Shown here in pieces: positions 45,188 through 55,710 of a stretch of 64,000 nt of DNA (its first letter is position 1; the number at the start of each line of letters is the position of its first letter). A model generated the notes under the pieces. The model had not been told where the DNA came from and made no database searches. It saw nothing but the letters and a program-made list of their open reading frames with translations. Both the position numbers and the translations under genes were made by a program. The stretch is from contig CAZEAY010000001.1 of NCBI GenBank assembly GCA_964510655.1, positions 164,944 through 228,943 of the forward strand, in the 5' to 3' direction. Origin of the DNA: an uncultured Candidatus Saccharibacteria bacterium. Its GTDB lineage: Bacteria; Patescibacteriota; Minisyncoccia; Phycocordibacterales; XYD1-FULL-46-19.

Positions 45188-46099
45188 TTATTTACCGTGA
45201 AATTCAAGATTTGGCAAAGATTCACAATTTTTCACAAATCTATTCATCCAATCAATAGACATTTCAGACGATTGTTGTTTTTGTTCACTAAGATAATGAT
45301 CGCCCCCCTCAAAAATCACGAGTCGATAAGGTACTTTATTTTTATATAGTTCTTCCGCCATTCTAATGGAATCCAGTGGATTTACTCGCCAATCAGCAGT
45401 ACCGTGCATTAATAGAATTGGTACATTTTTCGGTAACTTATCAGCCCAATAAAGAACTGAGCGTTTTTTTAATTCCTCTTCGTTCCCACCAAACATTTTA
45501 ATATAATGATCTTCCATTTCAGGACGAAACTCTTTTTTAGTCAACAAATCTGTTGTACCAGCAACAATAACAGCGGCCTTTATCCAGTCAGTTCGAGCTA
45601 AAGCCAAATAGGTCATCATTCCACCTCGACTTGCTCCATACATACCGATCCGCGACGCATCAGCTCGAGAATATTTTTTAAGAATAGGGTACAAATTTAA
45701 AACATCTTCAATATCAGTTCCTCCCATTTCATCAACACCTTCTCCTCCAGCATTTCCAGAATATTGACTAAAAATTGTAATATATCCAGCCTTAGCAAAA
45801 AGACTCAGACGTAAAAACAAGTGGCCAATCTTAATGGAGCCAAAATCCCCAGACCCACCTCGATTGTAAATAACGCAAGGTAGATTTTCTCCTTCTTTAG
45901 GTTCGACAATATATCCGACAACCCTATGTCCTTGTGATAAATAAACCATTCGATAGACATTAATTAGTTTAGAGTTTTTTTCGGCCTCTAACACATAATC
46001 TGAACCTATTTTATCTTTTAGCTCCTGATCTAAAATTATTGATTTAACATCAACAATTCCATCTATGGACTTTAAAATATCTATATTATCTTCCTTCAT
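45188..46099 (-). CDS. S9 family (prolyl oligopeptidase-like) peptidase
   Basis: GASRGG, HG.AD.RV, GGDH; ATG 46099 lies 6 nt after TATAAT. Confidence 0.88.
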   Translation of the reverse strand: MKEDNIDILKSIDGIVDVKSIILDQELKDKIGSDYVLEAEKNSKLINVYRMVYLSQGHRVVGYIVEPKEGENLPCVIYNRGGSGDFGSIKIGHLFLRLSLFAKAGYITIFSQYSGNAGGEGVDEMGGTDIEDVLNLYPILKKYSRADASRIGMYGASRGGMMTYLALARTDWIKAAVIVAGTTDLLTKKEFRPEMEDHYIKMFGGNEEELKKRSVLYWADKLPKNVPILLMHGTADWRVNPLDSIRMAEELYKNKVPYRLVIFEGGDHYLSEQKQQSSEMSIDWMNRFVKNCESLPNLEFHGK

Positions 46100-46268
46100 C
46101 TTTTCATTATAACACATAAAACTACAATGATTAATACTGGTGTTAATACTTATTTTAGAATGATGTTTGAAAAAAGCTGGATATATTTGACATATACACC
46201 AATATATGCTATCATTAGAATAGAGTCTTAAACAGACCAAGTATTGAAAATCTACAAGGAGGTGCGGG

Positions 46269-46880
46269 ATGAGTAATCTGCTTATCGCTCTCGCTATTAC
46301 TCTGATCATCTTCGTCCTGTTCCTCCTATCGAGGAATTGGCGGCGAGTCGTCCAGATCGTGGCCGGCTGGGGTCTCTATGGAGCCCTGAACTGGTTCTAT
46401 GACAATCCGTTCTGGTTGCTTATTCAGAACCATTTCGGAGTTGTCGTCGGTTCAGCCATGCTAACTGTTGGTGCATTCCTAATCAATTTCTGTGTCCTTC
46501 ATTGGTATCAGAAGAAGGGAGTGGACTGGCTCGGAGTAGGAGTTCTCGAAGAAATCAAGGAAAAAGGACATGCTTGGGCAGAAAAGCTTTGCAACCACAG
46601 TCAGTGGTATGTGAAGATTCCTGCCTACATTCCTGCCAAGTTCTTTCAAGTCCTCGTCTGGGGGCTGAAGAAGAATGATGTATTGGCCTTTGTATTTCTT
46701 TCAGTCACACAGGATTCCTTTATCACCACCGCTTTCCTTCGTCACGGACGATTTGGAAAGTTGAGTAGCTGGGATTATGTTATCTTCTCACTGAGCACTA
46801 TCGTGAGTTGCGTAGTGCACAGCGTGTGGATGGCCACTATCCTGAGCCTGATCAAGGCAATCCTGTTGAAGATGAGCTGA
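46269..46880 (+). CDS. Hypothetical multi-TM protein (solo unit M)
   Basis: TTGACA-17-TATCAT at 46187-46215; AAGGAGGTG before ATG; GC-richer. Confidence 0.75.
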   Translation: MSNLLIALAITLIIFVLFLLSRNWRRVVQIVAGWGLYGALNWFYDNPFWLLIQNHFGVVVGSAMLTVGAFLINFCVLHWYQKKGVDWLGVGVLEEIKEKGHAWAEKLCNHSQWYVKIPAYIPAKFFQVLVWGLKKNDVLAFVFLSVTQDSFITTAFLRHGRFGKLSSWDYVIFSLSTIVSCVVHSVWMATILSLIKAILLKMS

Positions 46881-46884
46881 GTAC

Positions 46885-46914
46885 GGGGTGGAGACGATGT
46901 GTCGTCTCCACCCC
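46885..46914 (+). terminator. Terminator of unit M
   Basis: GGGGTGGAGACGA-tgtg-TCGTCTCCACCCC then T tract. Confidence 0.85.
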
Positions 46915-46996
46915 ATTTTTTTATAATTGAATTGTTAATCTAACAAAGGTATAATTATTAACACAAAAATAATCTTCTTACGAACAAAGAAACTTT

Positions 46997-47761
46997 ATGA
47001 CAATAGAGGATTTATACACCCCGCTGGAAGAAGCAAGGGAAGAAATAAAACGTCGGTGGGCTGATAAAGATTTAGAAAAAAAAGTACACGAATTTTTAAA
47101 GGGGAAAATCCCCGAAGTTTTTTTGAGTGAGCCAAGGGCGGTTTCTACTACCCATGTGGCCACGCCAAACTGGGCTCTTTTGCAATTTAAAAACGAAGCT
47201 AAAGAAGTGGGTCTAAGACCTTTAATTTTTGAATATCTCGAAGACGTCTTTGTCACTACAAATTTCGACAAAGCCTCTTTGGCCCGAATGGTTTTTTACC
47301 ATGGCAAAGATGATCATGGCGACATGATGACCTCCAGTCGTCACGCCATTGACCTTACCGGCAAACACGAAAAAAAGAAATTGAAAGAAATAGATACTCT
47401 ATGGGGTGAAAATTTAGTTGATTTTCACCATAAAGTTTTTGGTGAATATTGTCCGGAAATTGAAATTTACGATGGTTCTCATCATTATCACTCAATGGGT
47501 AGTTGCGCTAAGGAGTATTATCCATATATCTTAGCCCTCTATCTTAGAAATGGCATCTTATTTGAAAACTATTTAGCCAACAACCGCGAAAAGAAATTTT
47601 TAGAAGAAATCCTTTTTCCAGCATTTCAATTTGTGTATGAAAAATTTGGTATCAAACCTTTAATCGTCCCAATTACTCCTCAAAATGAAGCCGATAATAA
47701 ATATTGGTGGTGCTACCCAGAGTTTGTGAAGACTAGATTACCAAAACCAAAAACCGATTAA
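46997..47761 (+). CDS. Hypothetical soluble protein
   Basis: 254-aa ORF, native style, own TATAAT upstream and hairpin downstream. Confidence 0.8.
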   Translation: MTIEDLYTPLEEAREEIKRRWADKDLEKKVHEFLKGKIPEVFLSEPRAVSTTHVATPNWALLQFKNEAKEVGLRPLIFEYLEDVFVTTNFDKASLARMVFYHGKDDHGDMMTSSRHAIDLTGKHEKKKLKEIDTLWGENLVDFHHKVFGEYCPEIEIYDGSHHYHSMGSCAKEYYPYILALYLRNGILFENYLANNREKKFLEEILFPAFQFVYEKFGIKPLIVPITPQNEADNKYWWCYPEFVKTRLPKPKTD

Positions 47762-47839
47762 TGTCTTAAAAAACAACACCGGTGGATATCCCACGGTGTT
47801 GTTTTTTAAATAAGATGTTACAATATTCTCAATAACTAT

Positions 47840-48178
47840 ATGGACAAAAAATCTAAGATTTTATTATATTGTGTAGGTATCGCCTTTATCGCCTCAATTG
47901 GCACATCTTTTTATAAATACGTAATTACTAAAAATTACCAAATTTTTGCTGAAATCCCTTGTGATCCAACTTTAGATAATTGTTTTGTGCGAGAAGAAGA
48001 GGATGGCACAGTTAGTCACCTTTTTAAATTAAGTCGCCAAGCTTCTAATATTCCTCTTTGCGACCCAAATAAAGAGGAAAACTGCCAGGCTTTAACTTGC
48101 CAGCCAAACGAAAAAAATTGCACAATATCCAGTTGTTCTAAAGAAGAGTTACAAGAAGGAGAGAGTTGCTCGAGATAG
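47840..48178 (+). CDS. Small exported Cys-rich protein
   Basis: N-terminal TM; CDP...CF and CDP..E.C..L.C..NE..C....C......C. Confidence 0.75.
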   Translation: MDKKSKILLYCVGIAFIASIGTSFYKYVITKNYQIFAEIPCDPTLDNCFVREEEDGTVSHLFKLSRQASNIPLCDPNKEENCQALTCQPNEKNCTISSCSKEELQEGESCSR

Positions 48179-48188
48179 AATAATTATT

Positions 48189-48779
48189 ATGGATCTGTCA
48201 TTTTTATATAAAATAAAAAAATTTTTTACAAAAAAAGAAAAACCCTTTGAAATAAAAGACACGGGTAAATATGGCAACGGCTGTTTTGCAACGAGAGATA
48301 TAAAGAAAGGGGAAACTATTACATTTTTCAACGGAGAAGTTATTACTTTTGAAGAAACAGAAAAAAGAATAGTTACAGGGGATGAAAACAGGACAGACTC
48401 CTTTCAGGTTGATCTAGAGATGGATATGGATTTGAACGAAGAAAGCAGGTCTTTTAATCATAGCTGTAATCCAAATGCTGGTTTTAGAGGTTTTAGTGAG
48501 ATGATTGCCCTTAGAGATATTAACAGGGGGGAAGAAATAACATACGATTATTCAGCTACGGTTGGTCCAAATATCCCAAAAACTTTATGGGAAATGCCTT
48601 GTTTCTGTAAATCAAATAACTGCAGGAAAATTATAGGTAATGTATTAACTATTCCAAAAGACCAACTTGATCAATATGTAGAAGCTGGCACTCTTCAAGA
48701 TTATATAAAAAAAGAGCTCGAAATAATCAAAAAAAATAATGGAATTTTACCCAAATATAAAGAAATTAAACCTCTATAA
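48189..48779 (+). CDS. SET-domain protein (putative lysine methyltransferase)
   Basis: G.G.FA.RDI.KGE, NHSCNPN, ALRDI..GEEITYDY, post-SET C.C....CR. Confidence 0.92.
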   Translation: MDLSFLYKIKKFFTKKEKPFEIKDTGKYGNGCFATRDIKKGETITFFNGEVITFEETEKRIVTGDENRTDSFQVDLEMDMDLNEESRSFNHSCNPNAGFRGFSEMIALRDINRGEEITYDYSATVGPNIPKTLWEMPCFCKSNNCRKIIGNVLTIPKDQLDQYVEAGTLQDYIKKELEIIKKNNGILPKYKEIKPL

Positions 48780-48795
48780 AATAATTTAAATCAAT

Positions 48796-50604
48796 ATGGG
48801 AGAGAATTTAGTTACACATCTTGGTCACTGCATAACAGCCGCTTCAGAATTAGTTGGTGGTAATTTAAGTTTAGTTTATTATTCACACATACCCACAGTA
48901 GCCATAACATTGTTAATGGGTATATTTGTTCTTAGGGCAAGTAAGGGAAGTCTGCAGTCAAAAATATTCTTTTCGTTTTGTGTAGTATTTTCCCTTTGGG
49001 TAGTAGCAAATTTTGTAGCCTGGATTGGGACGAGTAGTGTGTGGATCAGTTTTTTTTGGTCTCTATTGGGATTATCGGATATCATATTTTATGTACTAGG
49101 TCTATATTTCTTCTATGTTTTTGTAGAAAATAAAGACACCACCTTTCGTTTAAAAATTATACTAAGTGCAATTTTAATTCCATTTCTGATCCTTGCGCCA
49201 ACAAAACTTAATCTACCAGGTTTTGACTATACAAACTGCGCGGCAATAGATACTTCATTTTTAGGATATCTATTCTACGCCAAAATGTTTATTGCTGGAT
49301 GGTTAATAGTTTTATCAATATATAAATATAAAAAATCTCAAAAGTCTGAGCGTCCAAAAATAATTCTACTGTCTATCGGGTTGGCTCTTTTCTTCTTATC
49401 ATTCTTCGTCACTGGTTATATTGCCGACACCTATCTCCGTTATGATATCGAACTTTACGGTCTATACGCCATGACGGCTTTTATGGGTATCTTGGCGTAT
49501 TTAATAGTCAAATATAAGGCTTTTGATATTAAGTTACTTGGAGCTCAAGCTCTGGTTTACTCTTTAATTATCTTACTTGGAGCGCAATTCCTCTTTATCA
49601 AAAGTCAGATAAACATGGTCCTAACCGGAATAGCTCTTTTCTTAACAATAATTTTTGGTTACTACCTCATTCTCGGAATCAAAAAAGAAATTGCGCAGAA
49701 AGAAGAAATTCAAAGATTGGCAACTAGTTTAGCAAGATCAAATGACCAATTAGTTGTCGCCAATGAAAAATTGAAAGAATTAGATAAGCAAAAAACCGAA
49801 TTCGTATCTTTGGCCTCGCACCAGTTGCGTAGCCCACTGACTGCGATCAAGGGTTATTCATCCATGATTTTGGAGGGTTCATTTGGAAAAATAAATGAGA
49901 AAGCCAAGGAGGCGGTTGGGCGAGTATTTGAATCCAGTCAAAAATTGGTTTTAGTCATTGAAGACTTCTTAAACATTACGCGCATTGAACTCGGCCGAAT
50001 GAAATATGATGTTTCGGAATTTAGTTTCAACAAATTGGTCACCAGTGTCATTGGCGAACAAAAACCAAACGTCGAGCGACGGGGTCTAGCCATTAGCTAT
50101 GAAGAGGATGCACCAGAATACAAAGTTTTTGCTGACTTCGGTAAAATCAGTCAGGTTATCTCAAATATTGTCGACAATGCCGTAAAATATTCTAAAGAGG
50201 GAAGTATCGCTGTTAAGGTGGTTGGGATTACCGACGGAAAAGATAAGAAGGTTCGTCTATCCGTCAAAGATACTGGGGTCGGAATTGAGCCACAAGTTTT
50301 ACCTCATTTATTCCAAAAATTCGTCCGCGCCTACGATGCTGGCAAAACCAATATTATTGGTACTGGGCTCGGCTTATTCGTAGCTAAGCAAATTGTCGAC
50401 TCTCATCCTGGAGGCAAGATCTGGGCCGAATCTGAGGGCAAAAACAAGGGTTCTACTTTCTTTGTCGAACTCTCTCTCTCGACAGGCGTAGCCCCAGTCC
50501 TAACTCCACCACCCGCCGACCCTGCTGTGGCTGAACCAGCCTCATCTTCTGCAACCACCACCGAACCCCCAATCCCACAACCCACCGCCGGCGATTTATC
50601 GTAA
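48796..50604 (+). CDS. 7TM-type membrane sensor histidine kinase
   Basis: About 9 TM segments; ASHQLRSPL, NIVDNAVKY, DTGVGI, GTGLGL; Pro-rich tail. Confidence 0.93.
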   Translation: MGENLVTHLGHCITAASELVGGNLSLVYYSHIPTVAITLLMGIFVLRASKGSLQSKIFFSFCVVFSLWVVANFVAWIGTSSVWISFFWSLLGLSDIIFYVLGLYFFYVFVENKDTTFRLKIILSAILIPFLILAPTKLNLPGFDYTNCAAIDTSFLGYLFYAKMFIAGWLIVLSIYKYKKSQKSERPKIILLSIGLALFFLSFFVTGYIADTYLRYDIELYGLYAMTAFMGILAYLIVKYKAFDIKLLGAQALVYSLIILLGAQFLFIKSQINMVLTGIALFLTIIFGYYLILGIKKEIAQKEEIQRLATSLARSNDQLVVANEKLKELDKQKTEFVSLASHQLRSPLTAIKGYSSMILEGSFGKINEKAKEAVGRVFESSQKLVLVIEDFLNITRIELGRMKYDVSEFSFNKLVTSVIGEQKPNVERRGLAISYEEDAPEYKVFADFGKISQVISNIVDNAVKYSKEGSIAVKVVGITDGKDKKVRLSVKDTGVGIEPQVLPHLFQKFVRAYDAGKTNIIGTGLGLFVAKQIVDSHPGGKIWAESEGKNKGSTFFVELSLSTGVAPVLTPPPADPAVAEPASSSATTTEPPIPQPTAGDLS

Positions 50605-50682
50605 AAATCACAGAATAAAAGTTAACTAACCAGATTATATAGGCTATTGACAGAAAACAGAATCTTCAATAGAGTTAAATTA

Positions 50683-51624
50683 ATGCTATTGGATGCCTAT
50701 AAAAAAATGTTCTTTATACGAACAGTGGAAGAACAAATAGCCGCTTATTACCTTAAGAATAAAATAGCAAGCCTCATTCATTTCTGTATTGGTCAGGAAG
50801 CGATAGCTGTGGGCGTCTGTAATGCACTACAGAAAGATGACCGTGTTATAGGAAATCATCGATCACACGGACATTACCTAGCCAAAGGAGGAAATCTTAA
50901 AAAGATGGTCTGTGAATTGTTGGGAAGGGGATACGGTTCGTCGAATGGTAAGGGTGGATCTATGCACCTAATTGACACATCGGTTAATTTTATTGGATCG
51001 ACGCCAATTCTTTCGAGCGCGGTGCCTCTCTCTTGCGGTAGTGCCTTTGAACAAAAATACCACAAAAGTGATGCGGTAACGGTCGTATTCTTGGGTGACG
51101 GCGCCTTTGAGGAGGGGGGTGTCTATGAATCTCTAAATCTTGCGGCTCTTTTTAATCTACCAATACTTTTTGTTGTTGAAAATAATCTCAGATCAATTAA
51201 TACACGCCTTTCGGAACGGCGATCCTCGGACCATAATATTGAAAATATCGTTACTGGCTTTGGAGTACGATACATAAAAGCTGATGGAAATGATTATTTA
51301 GACGTGACAATAAAAACTGGAAATCTTATAACTGGGGTACGAGCGGGCAAACCTGCTCTTATTGAATGTATGACATACCGTCACTTAGCACATAGTGGGC
51401 CAGATTTTGAAGAGGAAACTCGTGAAGAAGATACCGTAGAACGGCGGAAGGAAAAAGATTCGGTAGCAAAGATGAGACGAGAAAATCTAGCTTCAGGAAT
51501 TTCAGAAGAGGAAATTATTGCTGCGGAAAATGATATTAAAAGAGCTGTTGCCGATGCTATTCTGTACGCTGAACAGGCACCATTCCCAAAAAAAGAAAGT
51601 TTATATACGGATCTTTATGTCTAA
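50683..51624 (+). CDS. TPP-dependent dehydrogenase E1 alpha-like subunit
   Basis: H..IGQEA, HRSHGH, GKGGSMH, GDGA.EEG...ENN; TTGACA-17-TAGAGT ends 7 nt before ATG 50683. Confidence 0.92.
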   Translation: MLLDAYKKMFFIRTVEEQIAAYYLKNKIASLIHFCIGQEAIAVGVCNALQKDDRVIGNHRSHGHYLAKGGNLKKMVCELLGRGYGSSNGKGGSMHLIDTSVNFIGSTPILSSAVPLSCGSAFEQKYHKSDAVTVVFLGDGAFEEGGVYESLNLAALFNLPILFVVENNLRSINTRLSERRSSDHNIENIVTGFGVRYIKADGNDYLDVTIKTGNLITGVRAGKPALIECMTYRHLAHSGPDFEEETREEDTVERRKEKDSVAKMRRENLASGISEEEIIAAENDIKRAVADAILYAEQAPFPKKESLYTDLYV

Positions 51625-52654
51625 TAGAATTATCAAATACACCGAAGCAATTAAGGAAGCCACTGACCAAATAATGGAGATAGATAAGGATGTTGTTGTC
51701 CTTGGTCTAGAAGTCTCATATAAAAACGGTGCGGACGGAACAACCGCTGGCCTTAAGGAAAAATATCCCAACCGAATAATTGAAACACCTCAATCAGAAA
51801 ATGCTGTAACAGGAATGGCTGTTGGGGCAGCTATAACGGGTCTTCATCCTATTGTGCATCACGGCAGAGTTGAGTTTGCGATCTTTGCGGCCGATCAGAT
51901 ATTTACACAGGCGGCGAAGTGGAATTATATGTTCGGCGGCGGTCAACCGGTTCCTGTTGTATTTAGGATCAATATTGGTCGACAATGGGGTCAGGGCCCA
52001 CAACACACTCAAGCACTCTATCCGCTTTTTGGTAATGCACTTGGCCTTAAGGTTGTGATCCCCTCTACTCCGCGTATGGCGAAGGGTTTACTTATCTCTG
52101 CAGTTCGAGACAAAAATCCCGTTGTTATTTTGGAACCGCGATGGCTTTTCTCTTTAAAACAAGATGTCCCAATTGAACCCTATGATAAACCTCTAGATAA
52201 AGGGGTCGTGGTTAAAGAGGGGGCAGATCTTACGATTGTTTCTTACGGAGATGGTCTGATTGCAGCTTATGAAGCTTTAGATCTGATTAACAACCATATT
52301 GACGTAGAACTTATAGATCTTGTCTCTATAAATCCTATAGATTATGTAACTGTCTTAAAATCAGTTAAAAAAACTGGCCGGCTTATCACAATTGATACCA
52401 CCAATCACGCTTTTAGTGTTGGCTCGGAGGTTATAGCAAATATTTCAGAGCAGCAGCTATCGTTAAAGAAAGCTCCAGTTGCACTTTCCTGTCCCGATGT
52501 TCCGGTACCTACTTCAACAATACTCACTGAATCTTACTATCCAACAAAAATAGATATAGCAAATGCTGCGTTACTCCTTATGGGTAAGCCAACCATAAAT
52601 CGCGAATTAACTTTTGAAGAACTACACCTTGGCCCTAATTTTGTTATTAAATAG
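51617..52654 (+). CDS. TPP-dependent dehydrogenase E1 beta-like subunit
   Basis: TP.SE...G.A.GAA..G..P, G.QH.Q, GLKVV.P, NPV..LEPR; overlaps alpha stop. Confidence 0.92.
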   Translation: MSNRIIKYTEAIKEATDQIMEIDKDVVVLGLEVSYKNGADGTTAGLKEKYPNRIIETPQSENAVTGMAVGAAITGLHPIVHHGRVEFAIFAADQIFTQAAKWNYMFGGGQPVPVVFRINIGRQWGQGPQHTQALYPLFGNALGLKVVIPSTPRMAKGLLISAVRDKNPVVILEPRWLFSLKQDVPIEPYDKPLDKGVVVKEGADLTIVSYGDGLIAAYEALDLINNHIDVELIDLVSINPIDYVTVLKSVKKTGRLITIDTTNHAFSVGSEVIANISEQQLSLKKAPVALSCPDVPVPTSTILTESYYPTKIDIANAALLLMGKPTINRELTFEELHLGPNFVIK

Positions 52655-52656
52655 TT

Positions 52657-54228
52657 ATGATATTTTATAATAGCAAACAAAAGATTATAAGAAATAAAAA
52701 TCTTCCCAAATCCGTACGATCTGTAGTACGTATGTATCCACCTAACCAGGTCAATAGATTATTTTATGGCGGACTCCCTCATCTAGGCAACACTCTTTTG
52801 AACTCTTGGAAATCGACCGCGATACAAGAAGCAGCGAAGACATATGAGGACTACAGTCTTTCTTCAAACCTTCTTATAAAAGGTTTTAAAGATCCTACTG
52901 CGGACAAGGTAAGACTAGGAATTGGAAGTCCTGCGCGTTTCAAACCTTTTGACAAGTGTATTACTGGAATAGAACATGCCTTGGGAAATAGGATCCTTTC
53001 TGACTACCAATTAGCTGCAGGATATAGTGAGGACAAAGGACCAATCATAAAATATTTTAAAGTTACTCATGATTTAGAAATCACAGAGAATAATATTATT
53101 TTCACTCATTCAAGCACTCAGGCGCTTTCTCTTGTTATGGAGGCAATACTTGACTATGGGGATGCGGTCATTATGACAGCTCCCAATTATGGACTTTTTG
53201 CCTTTATACCGGAGAGAATTGGGGGCGAAGTTAGGCTTTTACCGCTTACCAGCCTTAATAATTGGAAGATTAACCCGAAAGAACTTAAACAGCTCATTGT
53301 TAATACAAATGATGAACTTAAGCGGGATTATGACATGAATCGTGGGAAATATATTTTCAGGCGTTCTGGTATACCGCCAAGAGTTTCGGCTTTTCTTAAT
53401 TTAAATCCGCACAACCCGACGGGTGTTGTGTATAGTGCAAAGGATAGATTGTTGTTGACAGAAATTTCCAATGTTTGCAATCGGGCTGGCGTATTTATTA
53501 TTGATGATTTGGCTTATTTTGGCCTAGAGTTCGACAGAAATTCCACTGCCTTGCCCGTTTGTAGCTTGGAGGATAATTTTAATAATACAATAACAATGTA
53601 TTCTCTTTCTAAATCTTATGGGTTAGCTGGCTTAAGATCAGGTATAATCATAGCTAACGAGGTGATTATCTCCCTGATAAGAGATAAAATATTTCAAAGT
53701 TTGGATTCATTGTCTTTATTGCAATCGGCCGCTATGAGCGCAATTTTCTTAACGGAAAATAATGCTATTTTTGAAAGAGAGAAGTATTTTACCGATATTA
53801 CCAGAAAATATTATGAAAGATATATCTTTACAAAAGCCGTTATTATGGGAGTTGATAAAATTAATAATGAAGAAAAAATACTACTAGACAAAATCATTAA
53901 GAATAACAAGCTGAATTTTAATATAAAAAAATCTATGAGCGGCATCAAAGATGTTAGTATCGCTCTTGAACCGCAGTCTGGTTTTTTTATAATTTTGGAT
54001 TTAAGCAAAATACTCGGAAAATCATATAAAGGATTCAAGATAGTTGATGATGTAACTTTGTTAAAATTTTTGTATACATCAAGCAATATTAAATTATTGA
54101 CCGGCAGAGCATTTTGTTGGCCTAACCAAAGCCAGCTTACTGCCAGGGTAACTATCGCGTTTGATAAATATGAAGATTTATTGAAATCTTTTTTACGCCT
54201 CAAATCATCTATAGAGCTATTAGTATGA
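52657..54228 (+). CDS. PLP-dependent class I/II aminotransferase-like enzyme with extensions
   Basis: NPHNPTG, IIDDLAY, SLSKSYGLAGLR.G. Confidence 0.88.
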   Translation: MIFYNSKQKIIRNKNLPKSVRSVVRMYPPNQVNRLFYGGLPHLGNTLLNSWKSTAIQEAAKTYEDYSLSSNLLIKGFKDPTADKVRLGIGSPARFKPFDKCITGIEHALGNRILSDYQLAAGYSEDKGPIIKYFKVTHDLEITENNIIFTHSSTQALSLVMEAILDYGDAVIMTAPNYGLFAFIPERIGGEVRLLPLTSLNNWKINPKELKQLIVNTNDELKRDYDMNRGKYIFRRSGIPPRVSAFLNLNPHNPTGVVYSAKDRLLLTEISNVCNRAGVFIIDDLAYFGLEFDRNSTALPVCSLEDNFNNTITMYSLSKSYGLAGLRSGIIIANEVIISLIRDKIFQSLDSLSLLQSAAMSAIFLTENNAIFEREKYFTDITRKYYERYIFTKAVIMGVDKINNEEKILLDKIIKNNKLNFNIKKSMSGIKDVSIALEPQSGFFIILDLSKILGKSYKGFKIVDDVTLLKFLYTSSNIKLLTGRAFCWPNQSQLTARVTIAFDKYEDLLKSFLRLKSSIELLV

Positions 54229-55100
54229 AAATATATATTGCATCATCAGAAGAGCATGTGGGAAAAATTAAAGAAGATATTTATATTCGCGACGCTTATA
54301 GAGATAAGGGATTTTTTTGTGAAATCTTTACACTGGAAGACATCATAAGGATATCAAAACCATCTGATGTGGTAATTTTAAAAAGCATCTGGGGGTATCA
54401 TTTACATTACCGAGAATTTCTAAAGAAAATATCAATACTCAAAGAAAAGAAGATTAAATTAATAAACGGCTATGAATTTATTTTTTGGAATATTGATAAG
54501 TATAAATACTTATCCGAATTAAAACATCTAAACGTGGTCCCAACAGTGCTTCTTAATTTCAAAAGTGCCGAGACTGCATCTGAGATTAGAAATAAAATAT
54601 CGCAGGCAAATAAAAAGTTGAATACAGATACCTTAGTTATTAAACCTTGTATTTCAGAAAGCGGTTATTTAACTTTTAAATACGATAAAACTAAAAACAA
54701 TAAGGCTACTATTGCAATGCTGAAAAAGAATAAACATTTTAACTTTGTCGCGCAGCCTTACCGGCCGGATGTCTTGACGGGAGAGCTGTCTGTAATCATA
54801 ATTAACGGCATACCCTTGTATGGCATCAAGAGATTCTCAGGAATTTTCACTGAAAAGAAAGACTTGGAGTATATTGATCAACAAAAAATTCCTAAACAAA
54901 TTACGGATCAAGTGAGACTATTACTTAATTTTTTTGTTAATAAATTTAAGTCTTTGCCAAAAATTTGTAGAGTGGATTTTGTAAAACATGACTTAAAGTA
55001 TGAACTTTTGGAAATTGAGTTGATTGACCCTGATTTATTTTTTAGATTTCTTCCAGAGAGGGTATTACATAAATGTCTGGCAGGACTTATTGGTATTTAG
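54225..55100 (+). CDS. ATP-grasp enzyme (glutathione-synthetase/DcsG-like)
   Basis: S.WGY, WN.DK..YL, VIKP..S.SG, QPY, GELS, RVDF, LLEIELI.P.LF. Confidence 0.75.
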   Translation: MKIYIASSEEHVGKIKEDIYIRDAYRDKGFFCEIFTLEDIIRISKPSDVVILKSIWGYHLHYREFLKKISILKEKKIKLINGYEFIFWNIDKYKYLSELKHLNVVPTVLLNFKSAETASEIRNKISQANKKLNTDTLVIKPCISESGYLTFKYDKTKNNKATIAMLKKNKHFNFVAQPYRPDVLTGELSVIIINGIPLYGIKRFSGIFTEKKDLEYIDQQKIPKQITDQVRLLLNFFVNKFKSLPKICRVDFVKHDLKYELLEIELIDPDLFFRFLPERVLHKCLAGLIGI

Positions 55101-55167
55101 AAAAGATAAATTTTATGCATAATCATAAATTTATTGAAATCAAAAATTATAAGCCCGCAATTAATAA

Positions 55168-55698
55168 ATGATAAATCTTATGAAAAAAAAAGTATCAGAA
55201 ATAAAAAATGAATCAGATACTTCTTCGGACGTGAAAAAACAAATTTTTAGAAAAGGAGTTTCTGCTCTGATCTTAAATAAGAATCAGGAAGTTCTCTTGG
55301 TTAATCTCAGATCATTCGAGACTAAATTTTATGCTGTTCCGGGGGGAGGGATAGAAGCGGGTGAAACGTTAGACGATGCGGCTTACAGGGAAATCAAGGA
55401 GGAATTAGGTATTTCTAAAAAACTTCTTGAGTCAGTTGGTATGTCTACTAGTCCAATTAAGCTCTTATTTAAAACAGGGAAACTTAAAAGGGATGGGGTT
55501 GAATATGATGGCATGGAGAGATTCTTTTTTGGGTTTCACTTTTTAGGAAAAGATGACTACATAACCCTGCAATCCGATGAAATAAGAGGTTATAAATGGG
55601 TTACATTTAGTAACCTCAAAGATCATCTTCTTTTCGAAAATCAACTAGAGGATACTACTGAAAAATTACTAGAATTATTCCCCCATTTGAAGAGATGA
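55168..55698 (+). CDS. NUDIX hydrolase
   Basis: PGGGIEAGE...AAYREIKEELG. Confidence 0.9.
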   Translation: MINLMKKKVSEIKNESDTSSDVKKQIFRKGVSALILNKNQEVLLVNLRSFETKFYAVPGGGIEAGETLDDAAYREIKEELGISKKLLESVGMSTSPIKLLFKTGKLKRDGVEYDGMERFFFGFHFLGKDDYITLQSDEIRGYKWVTFSNLKDHLLFENQLEDTTEKLLELFPHLKR

Positions 55699-55710
55699 AG
55701 ATATTATTTT

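Noticed and set aside
45188-46309. 373-aa version of the S9 peptidase
   Set aside because: The extension crosses the divergent promoter region and unit M start; ATG 46099 fits better. Similar over-extensions were trimmed at 23902, 27395, 28002, 43639, 51518 and 60238
50683-52654. Calling these genes pdhA/pdhB
   Set aside because: No E2/E3 nearby and the context looks biosynthetic; substrate cannot be assigned
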